A stretch of 64,000 bases of DNA, from contig JAUGWO010000128.1 in assembly GCA_049724395.1 (NCBI GenBank), positions 124,001 through 188,000 of the forward strand. The letters are read 5' to 3'. Shown here piece after piece: positions 1 to 11,258 of the stretch (within the stretch, counting starts at the first letter, position 1; every line of letters starts with the position of its first letter). The notes under the pieces were generated by a model, which saw only the letters and a program-made list of their open reading frames with translations, had not been told where the DNA came from and ran no database searches. The position numbers and the translations under genes were made by a program. This stretch comes from Spongospora subterranea f. sp. subterranea. Taxonomy: Eukaryota.

Positions 1-540
1 CGCTGTCACTCTCTCTCTTCAGCGATGGTGACATGATAATCCTATTGATCATTTTCAAAGGCAAAACCGATATGAGGTTACGCGAAACTTCGGCAATATG
101 AAACCCGGTTGTGCATGAATGGACGAATCTGTCATGCAAAGGTTCTTCGAGTGGAGTTCTTTATTGGTACGCAAATCGTGGTTCGTTGAATGACGACGTC
201 GGCGACGATACAGTTGCATCGTCATTCAACGGACCATGATTTGCGATTCAACAAACAATCCCACTCCAAGACAGATTAATTTATGCACCGCCCTGACAGG
301 CGTAGACCGAGTATCATATCGCCGAGGTTTCGCGCAATATTGGTTTTCAAAAATGGTCCATTTGGGGCAAGCATGTCACCGTCGCTGGAGAGAGAGTGAC
401 CGCTACTATCACCATCATTGTTGATGAGGATGATGATCGGACATCGATCGTTCTCACTCCGCGATGGCTGATGGTTGTCTTTGGCCCTTGAAACGTACCC
501 GTAACTCTGGGTTAAAGTAAAGTTTTTTGAAAACATGGAT
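1..540. mobile_element. Decayed pogo/Tc1-mariner (DDE_1-type) transposase fragment present as two inverted copies
   Basis: The + frame from nt 3 reads LSLSLFSDGDMIILLIIFKGKT, and slightly later A*MDESVMQRFFEW. These resemble the pogo motifs ADGxKLxPxIIFKGK and AWMD. A diverged copy lies on the - strand at ~219-405 (HSLSSDGDMLAP). Stops and frameshifts are present. Confidence 0.55.
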
Positions 541-1554
541 TTTCACAAGATTGTGTATTACCAAAATAATAGAGCAGAACCAATTAAATAGCTCATATGA
601 CTATGGACAACTTAGCAGGTTGTGAATGAGGATGGTTGTCCACGCCTTTTACTATCGAAACGATAGTTGCCATTGCAGGCGATTGACGTTCGCCCTCGAT
701 ATGACTGGATAGTGTCTACCACTCAACGCTCTTTCCTTGATGAGTGACTTGCGGTGACTGTACTTGCACTTCCCTAATCTGCAATGTAAACAGATGGGGC
801 AGGGTTTGAGAAACGTCACCAGACCCGAGGAGCGATTCGACCACATGAACATCAGCACGGCCTACAGTCAAACTCGGAACGATACAGTACAGGACTGTTG
901 GCGAGTGGAGACCTCTATACTTTACAGATCATAGTCGATACCAATTGCAGCGATGTCGCTAAGGCCATCTGGACAATAATGCCCACCTGCAATCCAAGCT
1001 CTGTTTGGCTCTCAAGTTGTGGAACAAAATTGTTGAAATGATACATGGCCGGTTGCAGTAGTGGCATTTTCAGTAGCTCGTCAATGGGTAGTATCAAGAG
1101 GGCGCCTGGTTAAGGTTATTTGAGCAACTTTGAACTCTGAGCTGCGTCACCGGCACCCTTACGACAAACTCGGGCTGCTGTCGTGGTTGTCTGGTGGAAT
1201 CTGTAGCAAACAGATGGGCTGATCCTCACACGGGGTCCTTCAATCTCTACTGACAAACTTTGTCTTGACACCCGAATGGTAACTCTTTCTGCACAAAAGG
1301 GGGGGTTTGGGTACAGATCAGGCGCAAACAAATTTCTGTCCAGACAACTGCAAGAGTTTGGATTTGGTCCTTGTATTTCACCCTAAGCAGGCAGTCTGAA
1401 ACAAAATCTGTACAGGTAGATTATTCTTACCGATCCGCAGGATTCCAAGGACTTGACTGAGGGGCCTTCGACTCTTCACAGTATGTCGACATACGAACCT
1501 GAGCAGAGCCCAAAACAAAGTGGGATTTAGAAAACCGACGACAAGAATAGTGAC

Positions 1555-4500
1555 ATGGCGACACCGGAGAAACCTACTTCACCGACTATCAAGTTCCTTG
1601 TAATATAGACGATGATCATGATCTTGGTTTCTCGGTCTCATTGCTGCATAGAGTCTTTTCCGATATGCTAACCGAACGGATGTAGCTCTGAATATGTTCG
1701 GGATGCTTTGCGCTGTGGCATCTGGGCTTTTATATCCTTTCACAACGTAATTTTTCATAGAATATGCAAATGTCGGCGAGAACTAATACTTTAGTACAGA
1801 GTCGTTCTAGGAGCGGTGATCGACGATTTCGGCAAATGGCAAATTGCTCCGGGGATCTTGATCCACGGCAGACCAGCTTGCCAAGACAACAGCAGACAAG
1901 TCACTCGATTTTGTATATCTTGCCGGTGAGCTGGCACAGGTTCATTCTTGATTGGAGTTATCTAACTCAAAGATGATAGTGTTGGAGTTGATCACGACAT
2001 ATTTTGCAGTTGCCACCTTTGTTCACACCGGAGAGCGGCAAGTTCACATAATTCGTGAGAAATACCTGAAGGCGGTCGTTCGACAGGACATCACTTGGTT
2101 TGATAACGTCGGGGCTGGAGAAGTCACCACCCGATTAACCAGTGACACTCTTCTCATTCAAGACGCTATCAGCGAGAAGGTATTTCACCAAAAATGTACT
2201 CGCATTGTTTTCGGACCATTTGTCTTTGAGAGCGTTGAACCGCCAAAAGTTGTTTGAAATTTGAGATGACAGTTGGTCAATTTGTCAATTAAACTTGTAG
2301 AGTGGCTTACTTTTCAAACCATGTTAAACTGGGAAACGAGCTCGGTTTTTGTGATGTGGGATGAAGCCAATGTTTGATAATATTGGGGTCAATATCTCCC
2401 ATGGTGGTTTTAGTTAAACGGGGATATTTGAGAGTTTGCTTGCACGTCTGGACGAATGACAATTTGCAAAGGTCAGCTTAGCATTAAGCCACGTCGCGAC
2501 GTTTATATCTGGTTTTGGTATCGGATTCTACCGTTCGTGGAAATTAACCCTTGTGCTGCTGGCGGTGATCCCCTTGATTATCGTCTCATCAGCGGTTACC
2601 AACGTTATCTCTGGTAAATATCAATCTCAAATATTGCAGAAATACTCCCAGGCGGGAACTCTAGCAGAGGTCCCTTTAGAGAAGTGAGAAATGCTTGAGC
2701 TCAACATTGTTTTCAGGAAGCTATTGCTGCTGTTCGAACAGTAATCGCGTTTAACGCTCAGGATAAAATTGCTTGTAACTATAATGAGAATATTACCGGC
2801 GCTAGAGAGTCAGGAATTCGGAAAGAAACGGCGACCGGAATGGGACTTGGTTTTCTTTTCGCTTTCATCTACTGTGGCTATTCTCTCACGTTCTATTACG
2901 GGTATCAACTGCTTACTGCAGGAGAAATTACGTCTGGTTAGTTATATTACAACAATAACAAAAAAATGCTGATTTCTATCATCAGGAACTGTGGTCAATG
3001 TGTTTTTTGCGGTTCTGATTGGTTCATTTACTTTGGGGGAAATTGCTCCGGAAATGCAGGTACAGAAAACGTGGTTGTTGTCAGCAGCGTATAGTAAACT
3101 TGTAAATGCTTACAGGCGTTTGCGCTTGGGCGAAGCGCTGGCGCGAACGTTTTTGAGACCATCGACCGCGTTCCTGGCATAGACCCGTATAACCACAATG
3201 GTGACGTGATCCCTTCAGATGAACTGAAAGGGAGAATTGAGTTGAATAATGTCGAGTTCTTTTACCCGGCACGGCCTAACGTCAAGGTTGTTATCGCTGG
3301 TCAACTAAATCTGTCAATATCCATTGTGATGACAGGTTTTGAATGGGTTCACCCTCACCATCCAACCAGGCACAACGGTGGCGCTAGTCGGCCAATCAGG
3401 GTCAGGGAAATCGACCATCATTCAACTGGTCGAGCGATTTTATGACCCGGCTGCTGGCACCGTCACGCTGGATGGCCGCCCTCTCACTTCTTTAAACTTG
3501 AACTGGCTTCGGCAGAATATCGGTTTGGTCCAACAAGAACCCATTCTTTTTGAAGGAACGGTTGCTGATAATGTGGCTTATGGAATACGCCAGTCAGATA
3601 TGTAAGATTTTGTCTTTTTGATGTTGCTTTTCGCTTGATTCAACTTGACCGTGCTTGACTTTTAACTGTCCAATTCGTAGGTCGAATGAGCAACGGTTGA
3701 GTAAAGTAATGGAAGCGTGCAAACAAGCGAACGCTCACGATTTCATAACGAAATTACCACAGAAATACGACACACAGGTAAATGGCTTCATGGTAATCTC
3801 CTTCACCGTTAAAATGTATCGGTTTCAGGTTGGGGCGCGTGGTTTGCTTTTGTCTGGAGGACAAAAGCAGCGCATTGCTATTGCCCGCGCGATCATAAAT
3901 AATCCTCACATTCTCCTATTGGATGAGGCCACAGCGGCTCTTGATTCCAAATCGGAGGCAATTGTCCAAAAAACTCTGGTAATTTTCCGTCTGTTTTTTC
4001 AGTCTTAGTCACTAGAACAGCGAATTACGTCAGGACGAAGTTTCAAAAAGTCATACGACAATTGTCGTCGCCCATAGACTCTCGACAGTAAAGAACGCTG
4101 ACCTAATTGTTGTAATGAAGTCTGGTAATGTGGTTGAGCGAGGAACACACGTCTCGCTAATCGAAATGAATGGTTATTATGCCAAGCTAGTTCATGCTCA
4201 AAAATTGGACGATGCCTCTAGTGCCAATCCTTCCGAAGTGGTATTATCTGCTTTTTTGTCTCATATTCCCTCAGTCGATTAGTTTTCATATTCCACATGG
4301 CATTTGCCTGACGAGATTTCCTTCAACTGTTCATTGTCACAGTCCAGCGCGCTCTGATTTTTTTCTGATAGGAACTCGACATTAAGGGAGTACCATCGCC
4401 AAGCCTGATATCGTCTCAAGCTGAGAACGGCATGGTCAAAATTGACATTTCCCCCGATACTGGAGCGCCGGGATCTGATATGTCAACATGGGAGATTATC

Positions 4501-6622
4501 CGCACCGTTTTCGAATTCAATAAGCCCGAGCTAAAGTATACTATTCCGGGACTGATAAGGTTGATTACATCTTTCTGTGTTCAAAAATGACATGTCATTG
4601 TAGCGCGATTGGCGCAGGCATGGTTTACCCAGTATTTGCCATTATTTTCTCCTCCATAATTGAAGTATTCGCAAGTCCTGGCCCAAACCTAGAGCATGAC
4701 ACCAAGATGTACTCGCTAGCTTTCGTCATCATCGCTGTTGCCACCCTCTTCGTCACATTTTTACAATTTGCCATGTTCGGATTCGCTTCGGCATTATTAA
4801 CAGAACGTCTCAGGTTAGGCGTTTATTGGTTTTTTGATGCTAGTGACATCTCTCACATTCGTTGCAATTTTGCAACGTCTACTGAATTGATTTACGGTTT
4901 TTTTAGTTTTTGGTCATATACGGACTATTCAATCTCAAATGTTATTTTTAGGAAACTGGTATTCAGTGCTATTTTGGGCCAGGAAGTTGCATTTTTTGAC
5001 GATGAAAAAAACTCTACTGGAGTTCTGACGTCTAAACTATCTACGGACGCACAAAACATACAAGGAGCGTCGGGTTCAACCGTTGGGTCGCTGCTACAGG
5101 TAATAATAGAATACGCCTGACATGTTGGGACATTGAACCGCGTTTCAGGTCATAACTAATGTTTTCGGCGGTATAATTATCGGTCTGGCATATGGCTGGA
5201 AACTGGCGTTGGTGACGGTGACATCTCTTCCGTTGCTAATTGCGTCGGGAAGCTTTCGCCTGAAGATCATGGCCTACTACGCTAATAAGAACAAAATCGC
5301 CTACCAAAAGAGTGCTCAACTCGCTTGTGAAGCAGCAGGTGGTATCAAGACCATCCAATCTCTGACTTATGAGCAGAAGCTATGTAAACGATATGAGCTC
5401 ATGTTGCAAGAGCCTCTTAAAGATGGTTCGTTGCGGATCGTAATTGCGAACCGATATTCAACTTGCATCAGGTTTCAAAAACGCCTGGTTTAATTCTATT
5501 TTTTACGCCTTGGCGCAATCAATCGGCTTTTGTGTGAATGCCCTAGTATTTTGGTATGCAGGAAGGTTGATCGCTTATGAGGGTTATACGATCAAACAAA
5601 TGATGACTGTTTTCGTTGTATGTCTATGGTGTTTCATCACTTTCCTGAAGCTGATTACATCCAGGCGATTGTATTCGGGTCCATGAGCGCTGGTCGTGTG
5701 CTATCATTTGCCCCGGATCTGAACAAGGCCAAGGTCTCTGCTCAATCCATCATCAATCTTCTTAATCGCAAACCCAGCATCGATCACCGCTCCGACAAAG
5801 GCAAAAAAATAACACACTCTAATATCAAAGGCGCGGTGGAGTTTCGTAATGTGTTCTTCAAATATCCACAACGTCCCAACATTGTGGTTCTCAAAAATCT
5901 GAATTTGAAAGTGGAACCAGGGCAGTTCGTCGCTTTAGTTGGACCCAGTAAGCACCGTTTTTTCCAGTAAGACAAGGTTTCAAATCTTGAATTCAGGTGG
6001 GAGTGGAAAGAGCACAACCATCGGGTTACTGGAGCGGTTTTACGATGTGATTTCCGGCTCGGTTCTGTTGGACGGTGAAGATATCTCAACGCTCAACGTC
6101 GCCTCGTATCGAGATGTGGTCGGGCTCGTGTCGCAAGAGCCGAACCTGTTCGATATGACAATTCTGGAAAACATCCTGCTGGGGATGTCAACTAAGCCCT
6201 CACAGGAACATATCGAGCGTATCTGTCGCGATTCAAGCATTCACGACTTCATAATGACGCTACCGGACGGGTATAAATCTCGGGTTGGTGGGAAAGGTTC
6301 ACAGCTATCTGGGGGGCAGAAGCAGCGAATTGCCATCGCCAGGGCACTGATTCGCGACCCAAAAATTTTGCTGTTAGACGAAGCGACGTCAGCTCTTGAT
6401 CCAGAAGCAGAGAAAGTGGTCCAGGATGCGTTGAACACCGCAATGAAGGGGCGCACCACAATAGCGATTGCGCATCGTTTAAGCTCAATTCAACACGCTG
6501 ATTTGATTTACGTGATTTCTGATGGCGTCGTTGCCGAATCGGGTAACCACTCACAATTGTATAATCAGAAAGGAATCTATCACGATCTTGTCAACCAGCA
6601 AACTCTTCACGGTGGAGCATAA
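1555..6622 (+). CDS. ABCB1: Full-size ABCB1/MDR (P-glycoprotein-type) ABC transporter, TMD-NBD-TMD-NBD, multi-exon
   Basis: NBD1 has Walker [10 protein letters not shown], signature [14 protein letters not shown] and Walker [12 protein letters not shown]2 has [11 protein letters not shown] (split by an intron), [14 protein letters not shown] and [15 protein letters not shown] motifs include [17 protein letters not shown] and [21 protein letters not shown]. Short GT-AG introns join the ORF pieces. ATG at 1555 is inferred; stop TAA at 6620-6622. Confidence 0.95.
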
Positions 6623-7136
6623 TATACTCAAATTGTTTTCTCCTAAATAAGATCAACAATCATATTCACTGTCAATGAACACTTCTGGCTCAGAAATGTT
6701 CGATATCAAGTGTGTTTCCGAAACCTACCACTTGTAATTTGTGAACACCCTAAAACGGTTTATCGAACTGTTTTTTTACTTTTGCACACTCGTTTGGTAA
6801 CATGCAGATGCCGATCACACATCACAACATGAGTTTTCTACAGCTGGATTCTCGAGTCAGATCTAGAACATTTGTATACCGTACTCAGATTGGTTCCGGA
6901 CCATCTTAACTCAAATGACTGGCGATACAATACGAAACAATGCTCATTGAGCAAAACACTTTCATACGTGGGACCTATGCAGCAGCACATTGTTCCTTCA
7001 TATTGTTTTCGTATCCAAATTGCACCATTTGTCTTCGCCCAATATATTCGTGGGTAAATCAAATGTAGTTAATCCAGATCACGCGAGACTGGTCTAGAAG
7101 GTCCCGCCCGTCCCAGAACATACTTCCTTCGCCGCC

Positions 7137-7772
7137 ATGGATAAATTGCTCTCGGAATCAAATGTCCATCTCAAATCCATCAAACAATTCCCCCGCCTGC
7201 GTGTTTGCCGACATCTGGCAATGTGCTGCTGTTGCCGTGGCTGCTGTTGCTGCCTAGTTGTTGTTGCCCTGCTTCTCGGTGGCATCGCTGCTGTTCTTGC
7301 CATATATTTCCCTGACCTGAACCCACCCGTTACTAGCAAAGTCTCGGCCCTCGACATCAAACTATCCAATACCACCCTAAATGCATCGTTCAAGGTCGAC
7401 GTTAACGCAACCAACCGCAACTCCTACGACATCGTTGTTAAATCTGGGGTCATCACGTTGTTTTATCAGAAAATGCATCTGTCGTCTACTAGAAATATAC
7501 CCGAGCACATTTTCCCTTCTGGACAAACTTCGAATTGGTCGTTCCCGTTATCTGTTGTGGTCGAAGAGGAGAGTGAAAGTACTGAAGCGCTGAACGCGAT
7601 AGCGAGAAAATGTACCGCTTCCCCCAAGAGTACGTTCGTAGTTGATGTCGACGCTGTGATTCAAGTTTCCATCAAAAGTTTTCCTTTTGCCTATGGGGTT
7701 CCTTTTACGACATCCACAGAAGTGCCCTGTCAAGAGACCTCATCATTACTAAGAGCCAGTAAATTATCATAA
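7137..7772 (+). CDS. Single-pass membrane protein with Cys-rich juxtamembrane stretch and LEA_2/NDR1-HIN1-like domain
   Basis: Intronless 211 aa ORF. CCCCRGCCCC precedes a hydrophobic helix (LVVVALLLGGIAAVLAIYF), followed by a beta-rich domain with VNATNRNSYDI, resembling the LEA_2/WHy N-x-N motif. Confidence 0.7.
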   Translation: MDKLLSESNVHLKSIKQFPRLRVCRHLAMCCCCRGCCCCLVVVALLLGGIAAVLAIYFPDLNPPVTSKVSALDIKLSNTTLNASFKVDVNATNRNSYDIVVKSGVITLFYQKMHLSSTRNIPEHIFPSGQTSNWSFPLSVVVEEESESTEALNAIARKCTASPKSTFVVDVDAVIQVSIKSFPFAYGVPFTTSTEVPCQETSSLLRASKLS

Positions 7773-8072
7773 TTAAAATAGCAACAAACTGTGAGAAGTT
7801 GTAAGCTAAGTTCTTGAGAACGTATAGAAGACAAAGATCAACGTGATATGTAATAAAATTTTTATCTATATAGACGACAGAAACAAGCAATAGGAATATG
7901 GAAAGTGTTCAACCAGACTACACGCCTATGCGCTTCTAAACAAATGTGAGAACGATCTATCACGATCAGTTCTAAGGCAGAGCGGGTCCACAATAATTTT
8001 TGTTGATGATTAGATGGCAAACGACATTATTTGTTGTACCCACAACAAAGCAAATAAAACCCCCTGGGATGA

Positions 8073-9121
8073 TCATTGCAATTGAAGCGTACTGTCTGAA
8101 TCAAGGCTGACAGAGGCCCGGGAAGAGCTGGCTCTCCTGAGATATCGGATAGACCCGAGAAGCACAATGATCGCTGGTACGAACAACCCGCAAAACAGAA
8201 ACACCGATTTGTTATTCTTGTCTTCTGAATGAGTAATAGGTTCGATGGTTACGCCGCACATACGGGAATCTAATTCGGGCAATTCTTGGGTAGCTGGCTC
8301 AACTTGTTCTCGTCCATTTACTGATTGAGGTTCGCTGGGAGTCAATGGGGACAATTCCTTCAAAGGATCAAGCGTTAACGGATTCCTTTCGTTCAAAGGG
8401 TCCCGCGGTTCCGGCTTCTCTTCCGGAGCAGAAACTGGCTCTTCGACTGTCTTTGGATCCGGAGCCTTGAACGAACGCAGTGCGACGAGCTTGAACAACG
8501 ATCCCACACAAGTCGGAAAAGCTGGATACTGGATTGATATTGACCCCATCGCCGTTCGGACATAAAAATCGACCATGCAAATAATTGAACTCAAGGACCC
8601 TAGAATAGTTCGCAATAATTTTGAATTACGAAAATTGAAAAGTTTCGGAGTACGATAAGACGACTCAGCAGTGCGAGTAAGGTAAATCTTTGAAAGGCAT
8701 TCACGAGCTTCAACAACAAATAACCAACCGACGTTGGCTCTGTTCAGAAATAGAACCACTTCAACGAATGTTTGAATGAATGAATGGATATCTTGGCTTG
8801 ATGGATCGTCATGCACTGTAAGGCAATCATAATGTCAAAAATTGCGACGTAGTTGAGACAAAAAAAACTGTAATTACAGATGCATTTTTCCCAATCAGCA
8901 ACGTTAAAAGAAGCAAGAGACGTTTGCTTGCAAATCTTCAAAAATTTTTCGAAGTCCTCAGACGAAGTATCTGAGGATGCAGCTTTGAGGTTATCGACAA
9001 CCAACACTTCATCATGCTCGGAAACTGTGATCTCGTTCAGTGTCACTGCCGCACATTGGATCCCGGTGATGACACCGATCATGTAAGCGTAGAGAAGGGA
9101 GGTTATCGCAGCTGGTGGCAT
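8073..9121 (-). CDS. Hypothetical type-I membrane/secreted protein, 2 exons
   Basis: Exon 1 (9121-8878) starts with a signal-peptide-like MPPAAITSLLYAYMIGVITGIQCA. A GT-AG intron at 8877-8816 joins it in frame to exon 2, which has a Pro/Glu-rich linker and a C-terminal TM helix (VFLFCGLFVPAIIVLLGSI) followed by RYLRR. Confidence 0.7.
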
Positions 9122-9399
9122 CCCGGTGAGATGATAACTGGTCTTCTTACAACTGAACCGCTTCCAAATCGGTCATAATGATAATGGATTAATAGGTTAA
9201 AGACACGCCGTATTCCCCACTGTCTCGCATTACCACAGACGAGTCACCTGAGTGACCTGACGCGGCATCTCATGTTTTACGGACTGACACAGACTGGAGA
9301 CAGCGCCCTGTAGTCAAAATGTCAACACTGTTGCGCAACCTACCAGGTGATGGAAACCGGAGTCGGCATGTCTCTTTTCCATTGTCAAGGCCCTTCATG

Positions 9400-9815
9400 A
9401 GTCCTGCATGGCCGTTTTCAAATTCCTAGGTTGTGCATGGCCTTCTTGAATAGGTCCTGCATGACCTTCTCAACTAGGTTGTGCATGGCCTTCTTGAATA
9501 GGTCCTGCATGGCCTTCTCATCAGGTTGTGCATGGCCTTCTCCAATAGGTCCTGCATGGCCTTCTCAAACAGGTCCTGCATGGTCGTTTCAAATACCTAG
9601 GACATGCATGGCCTTCTCAAACAGGTCCTTTATGGTTTCTCGAATAGGTCCTCAAATAGGTCCTGCATGGTTTCTCGAATAGGTCCTCAAATAGGTCCTG
9701 CATGGTTTCTCGAATAGGTCCTGCCTGGCCTTCTCAAATACCTAGGTAGGTCCTGCATGGTTTCTCGAATAGGTCCTGCCTGGCCTTCTCAAATACCTAG
9801 GTCCTGCATGGCCTT
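9400..9815. repeat. Minisatellite, 23-24 bp unit (consensus AGGTCCTGCATGGCCTTCTCAAAT), roughly 16-17 degenerate copies
   Basis: Directly visible tandem repeat with substitutions, indels and partial units. Confidence 0.9.
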
Positions 9816-10031
9816 GGCAACTACATTAGGTCCTACGTCAGCAGACGCACAATCCTATGATGATGATAACATCCGGCATGGGTGGTGTGCAATGCTGACG
9901 ACTGACGAATAGTGTTGGGTCATTCAGGAGTGGGTCAAGTCGCTGAGTATCCTTGATTCAGTGTATTGAATAAACGACACTCTTCTAACACCGGCAATAA
10001 AGTGCCCCATTTTCCAGAACCTATTTACTAT

Positions 10032-11258
10032 CTACTCCTCATCACCGCTATCAACTGAAGGAAAGGAAGGAGTCCCCATAGTTATCCCAGACGCGCTTGA
10101 TCCATCGGGAGGCATGGGATTCTGACCTGAACTAGGAGCGGGTTGGGCTGCGGTAGGAATGATGATAATCCGAGGGGTAGAGGTCGGTTGCGGCGGAATA
10201 TTCTGAGGTAGAGGAGTCGAACCAGGAATTGGCACCGGCTGATGGACGAACACACATGGAGCAGGAGTCGGGAACGATTGAGGTACTGGACCTGAGGTCA
10301 CACAAGGCGCAGGCGTTGAAGCAGATTGGGGAAATGGACCAGTCGTCATGCAGGGCGATGCAGTCGGAATTGCCCGAGATCCCGGGCCTAAAGTCGCACA
10401 TGGCCCAGGAGTTGGAACAGATTGGGGATTTGGACCAGTATTCATGCAAGGCGATGGAGTCGGAATTGCAAGAGATCCCGGACCTGAAGGCGCACATGGT
10501 CCAGGAGGTGGAACAGATTGAGGAATTGGACCAGTACTCATGCAAGGCGATGGAGTCGGAATGTTCAGAGATCCCGGACCTGAAGGCGCACATGGTCCAG
10601 GAGTTGGAACAGATTGAGGAATTGGACCAGTACTCATGCAAGGCGATGGAGTCGGAATGTTCAGAGATCCCGGACCTGAAGGCGCACATGGTCCAGGAGT
10701 TGGAACAGATTGAGGAATTGGACCAGTACTCATGCAAGGCGATGGAGTCGGAATGTTCAGAGATCCCGGACCTGAAGGCGCACATGGTCCAGGAGTTGGA
10801 ACAGATTGGGGAATTGGACCAGTAGTCATGCAAGGCGATGGAGTCGGAATGTTCAGAGATCCCGGACCTGAAGGCGCACATGGTCCAGGAGTTGGAACAG
10901 ATTGGGGAATTGGACCAGAAGTTATGCAAGGCGATGGAGTAGGAATTGCCAGAGATCCCGGGCCTAAAGTCGCACATGGTCCAGAAGTTGGAACAGATTG
11001 GGGAATTGGACCAGTAGTCATGCAAGGCGATGGAGTCGGAATTGCAAGAGATCCTGGACCTAATGGTGCACATGGAGAATTTGGCATAGCCGACGGAACT
11101 GGACCAGGAGTCGGAATCGACTGAGATATTGGGCCTGAAGTCGCGCATGGAGCAGTCGTTGGGATGGATTGAGCTACGGGTGGCATCATTCCTCCTGATG
11201 GATGCATGGCCATCCCGGATGACATTAAAGTCGCCATGAATATCATTATTGCCAGCAT
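10032..11258 (-). CDS. Secreted Pro/Thr/Ser/Cys-rich tandem-repeat protein
   Basis: Intronless ORF with probable start MLAIMIFMATLMSSGMA (signal-peptide-like). Core is a 32-aa repeat, PTPGPCAPSGPGSLNIPTPSPCMSTGPIPQSV, followed by an acidic C-terminus. Confidence 0.8.
   Translation of the reverse strand: MLAIMIFMATLMSSGMAMHPSGGMMPPVAQSIPTTAPCATSGPISQSIPTPGPVPSAMPNSPCAPLGPGSLAIPTPSPCMTTGPIPQSVPTSGPCATLGPGSLAIPTPSPCITSGPIPQSVPTPGPCAPSGPGSLNIPTPSPCMTTGPIPQSVPTPGPCAPSGPGSLNIPTPSPCMSTGPIPQSVPTPGPCAPSGPGSLNIPTPSPCMSTGPIPQSVPTPGPCAPSGPGSLNIPTPSPCMSTGPIPQSVPPPGPCAPSGPGSLAIPTPSPCMNTGPNPQSVPTPGPCATLGPGSRAIPTASPCMTTGPFPQSASTPAPCVTSGPVPQSFPTPAPCVFVHQPVPIPGSTPLPQNIPPQPTSTPRIIIIPTAAQPAPSSGQNPMPPDGSSASGITMGTPSFPSVDSGDEE
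10255..11165 (-). repeat. Coding tandem repeat, 96 bp unit built from two related 48 bp halves
   Basis: Near-identical 96 bp units at ~10440-10900, with more diverged units on both flanks. Confidence 0.9.

Noticed and set aside
600..1480. Possible decayed retrotransposon integrase on the - strand (PSVCYRFHQTT)
   Set aside because: Too degenerate to support without a profile search.
1483..1557. Upstream in-frame ATG separated from the ABCB start by a single TAG (readthrough or altered genetic code)
   Set aside because: A single instance. The conserved exons I read elsewhere show no in-frame stops, so a uORF, a mutation or chance is more likely.
9855..9950. Possible C/D-box snoRNA (ATGATGA ... 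CTGA)
   Set aside because: No terminal stem, and only a short unconvincing rRNA complement. The boxes can occur by chance.
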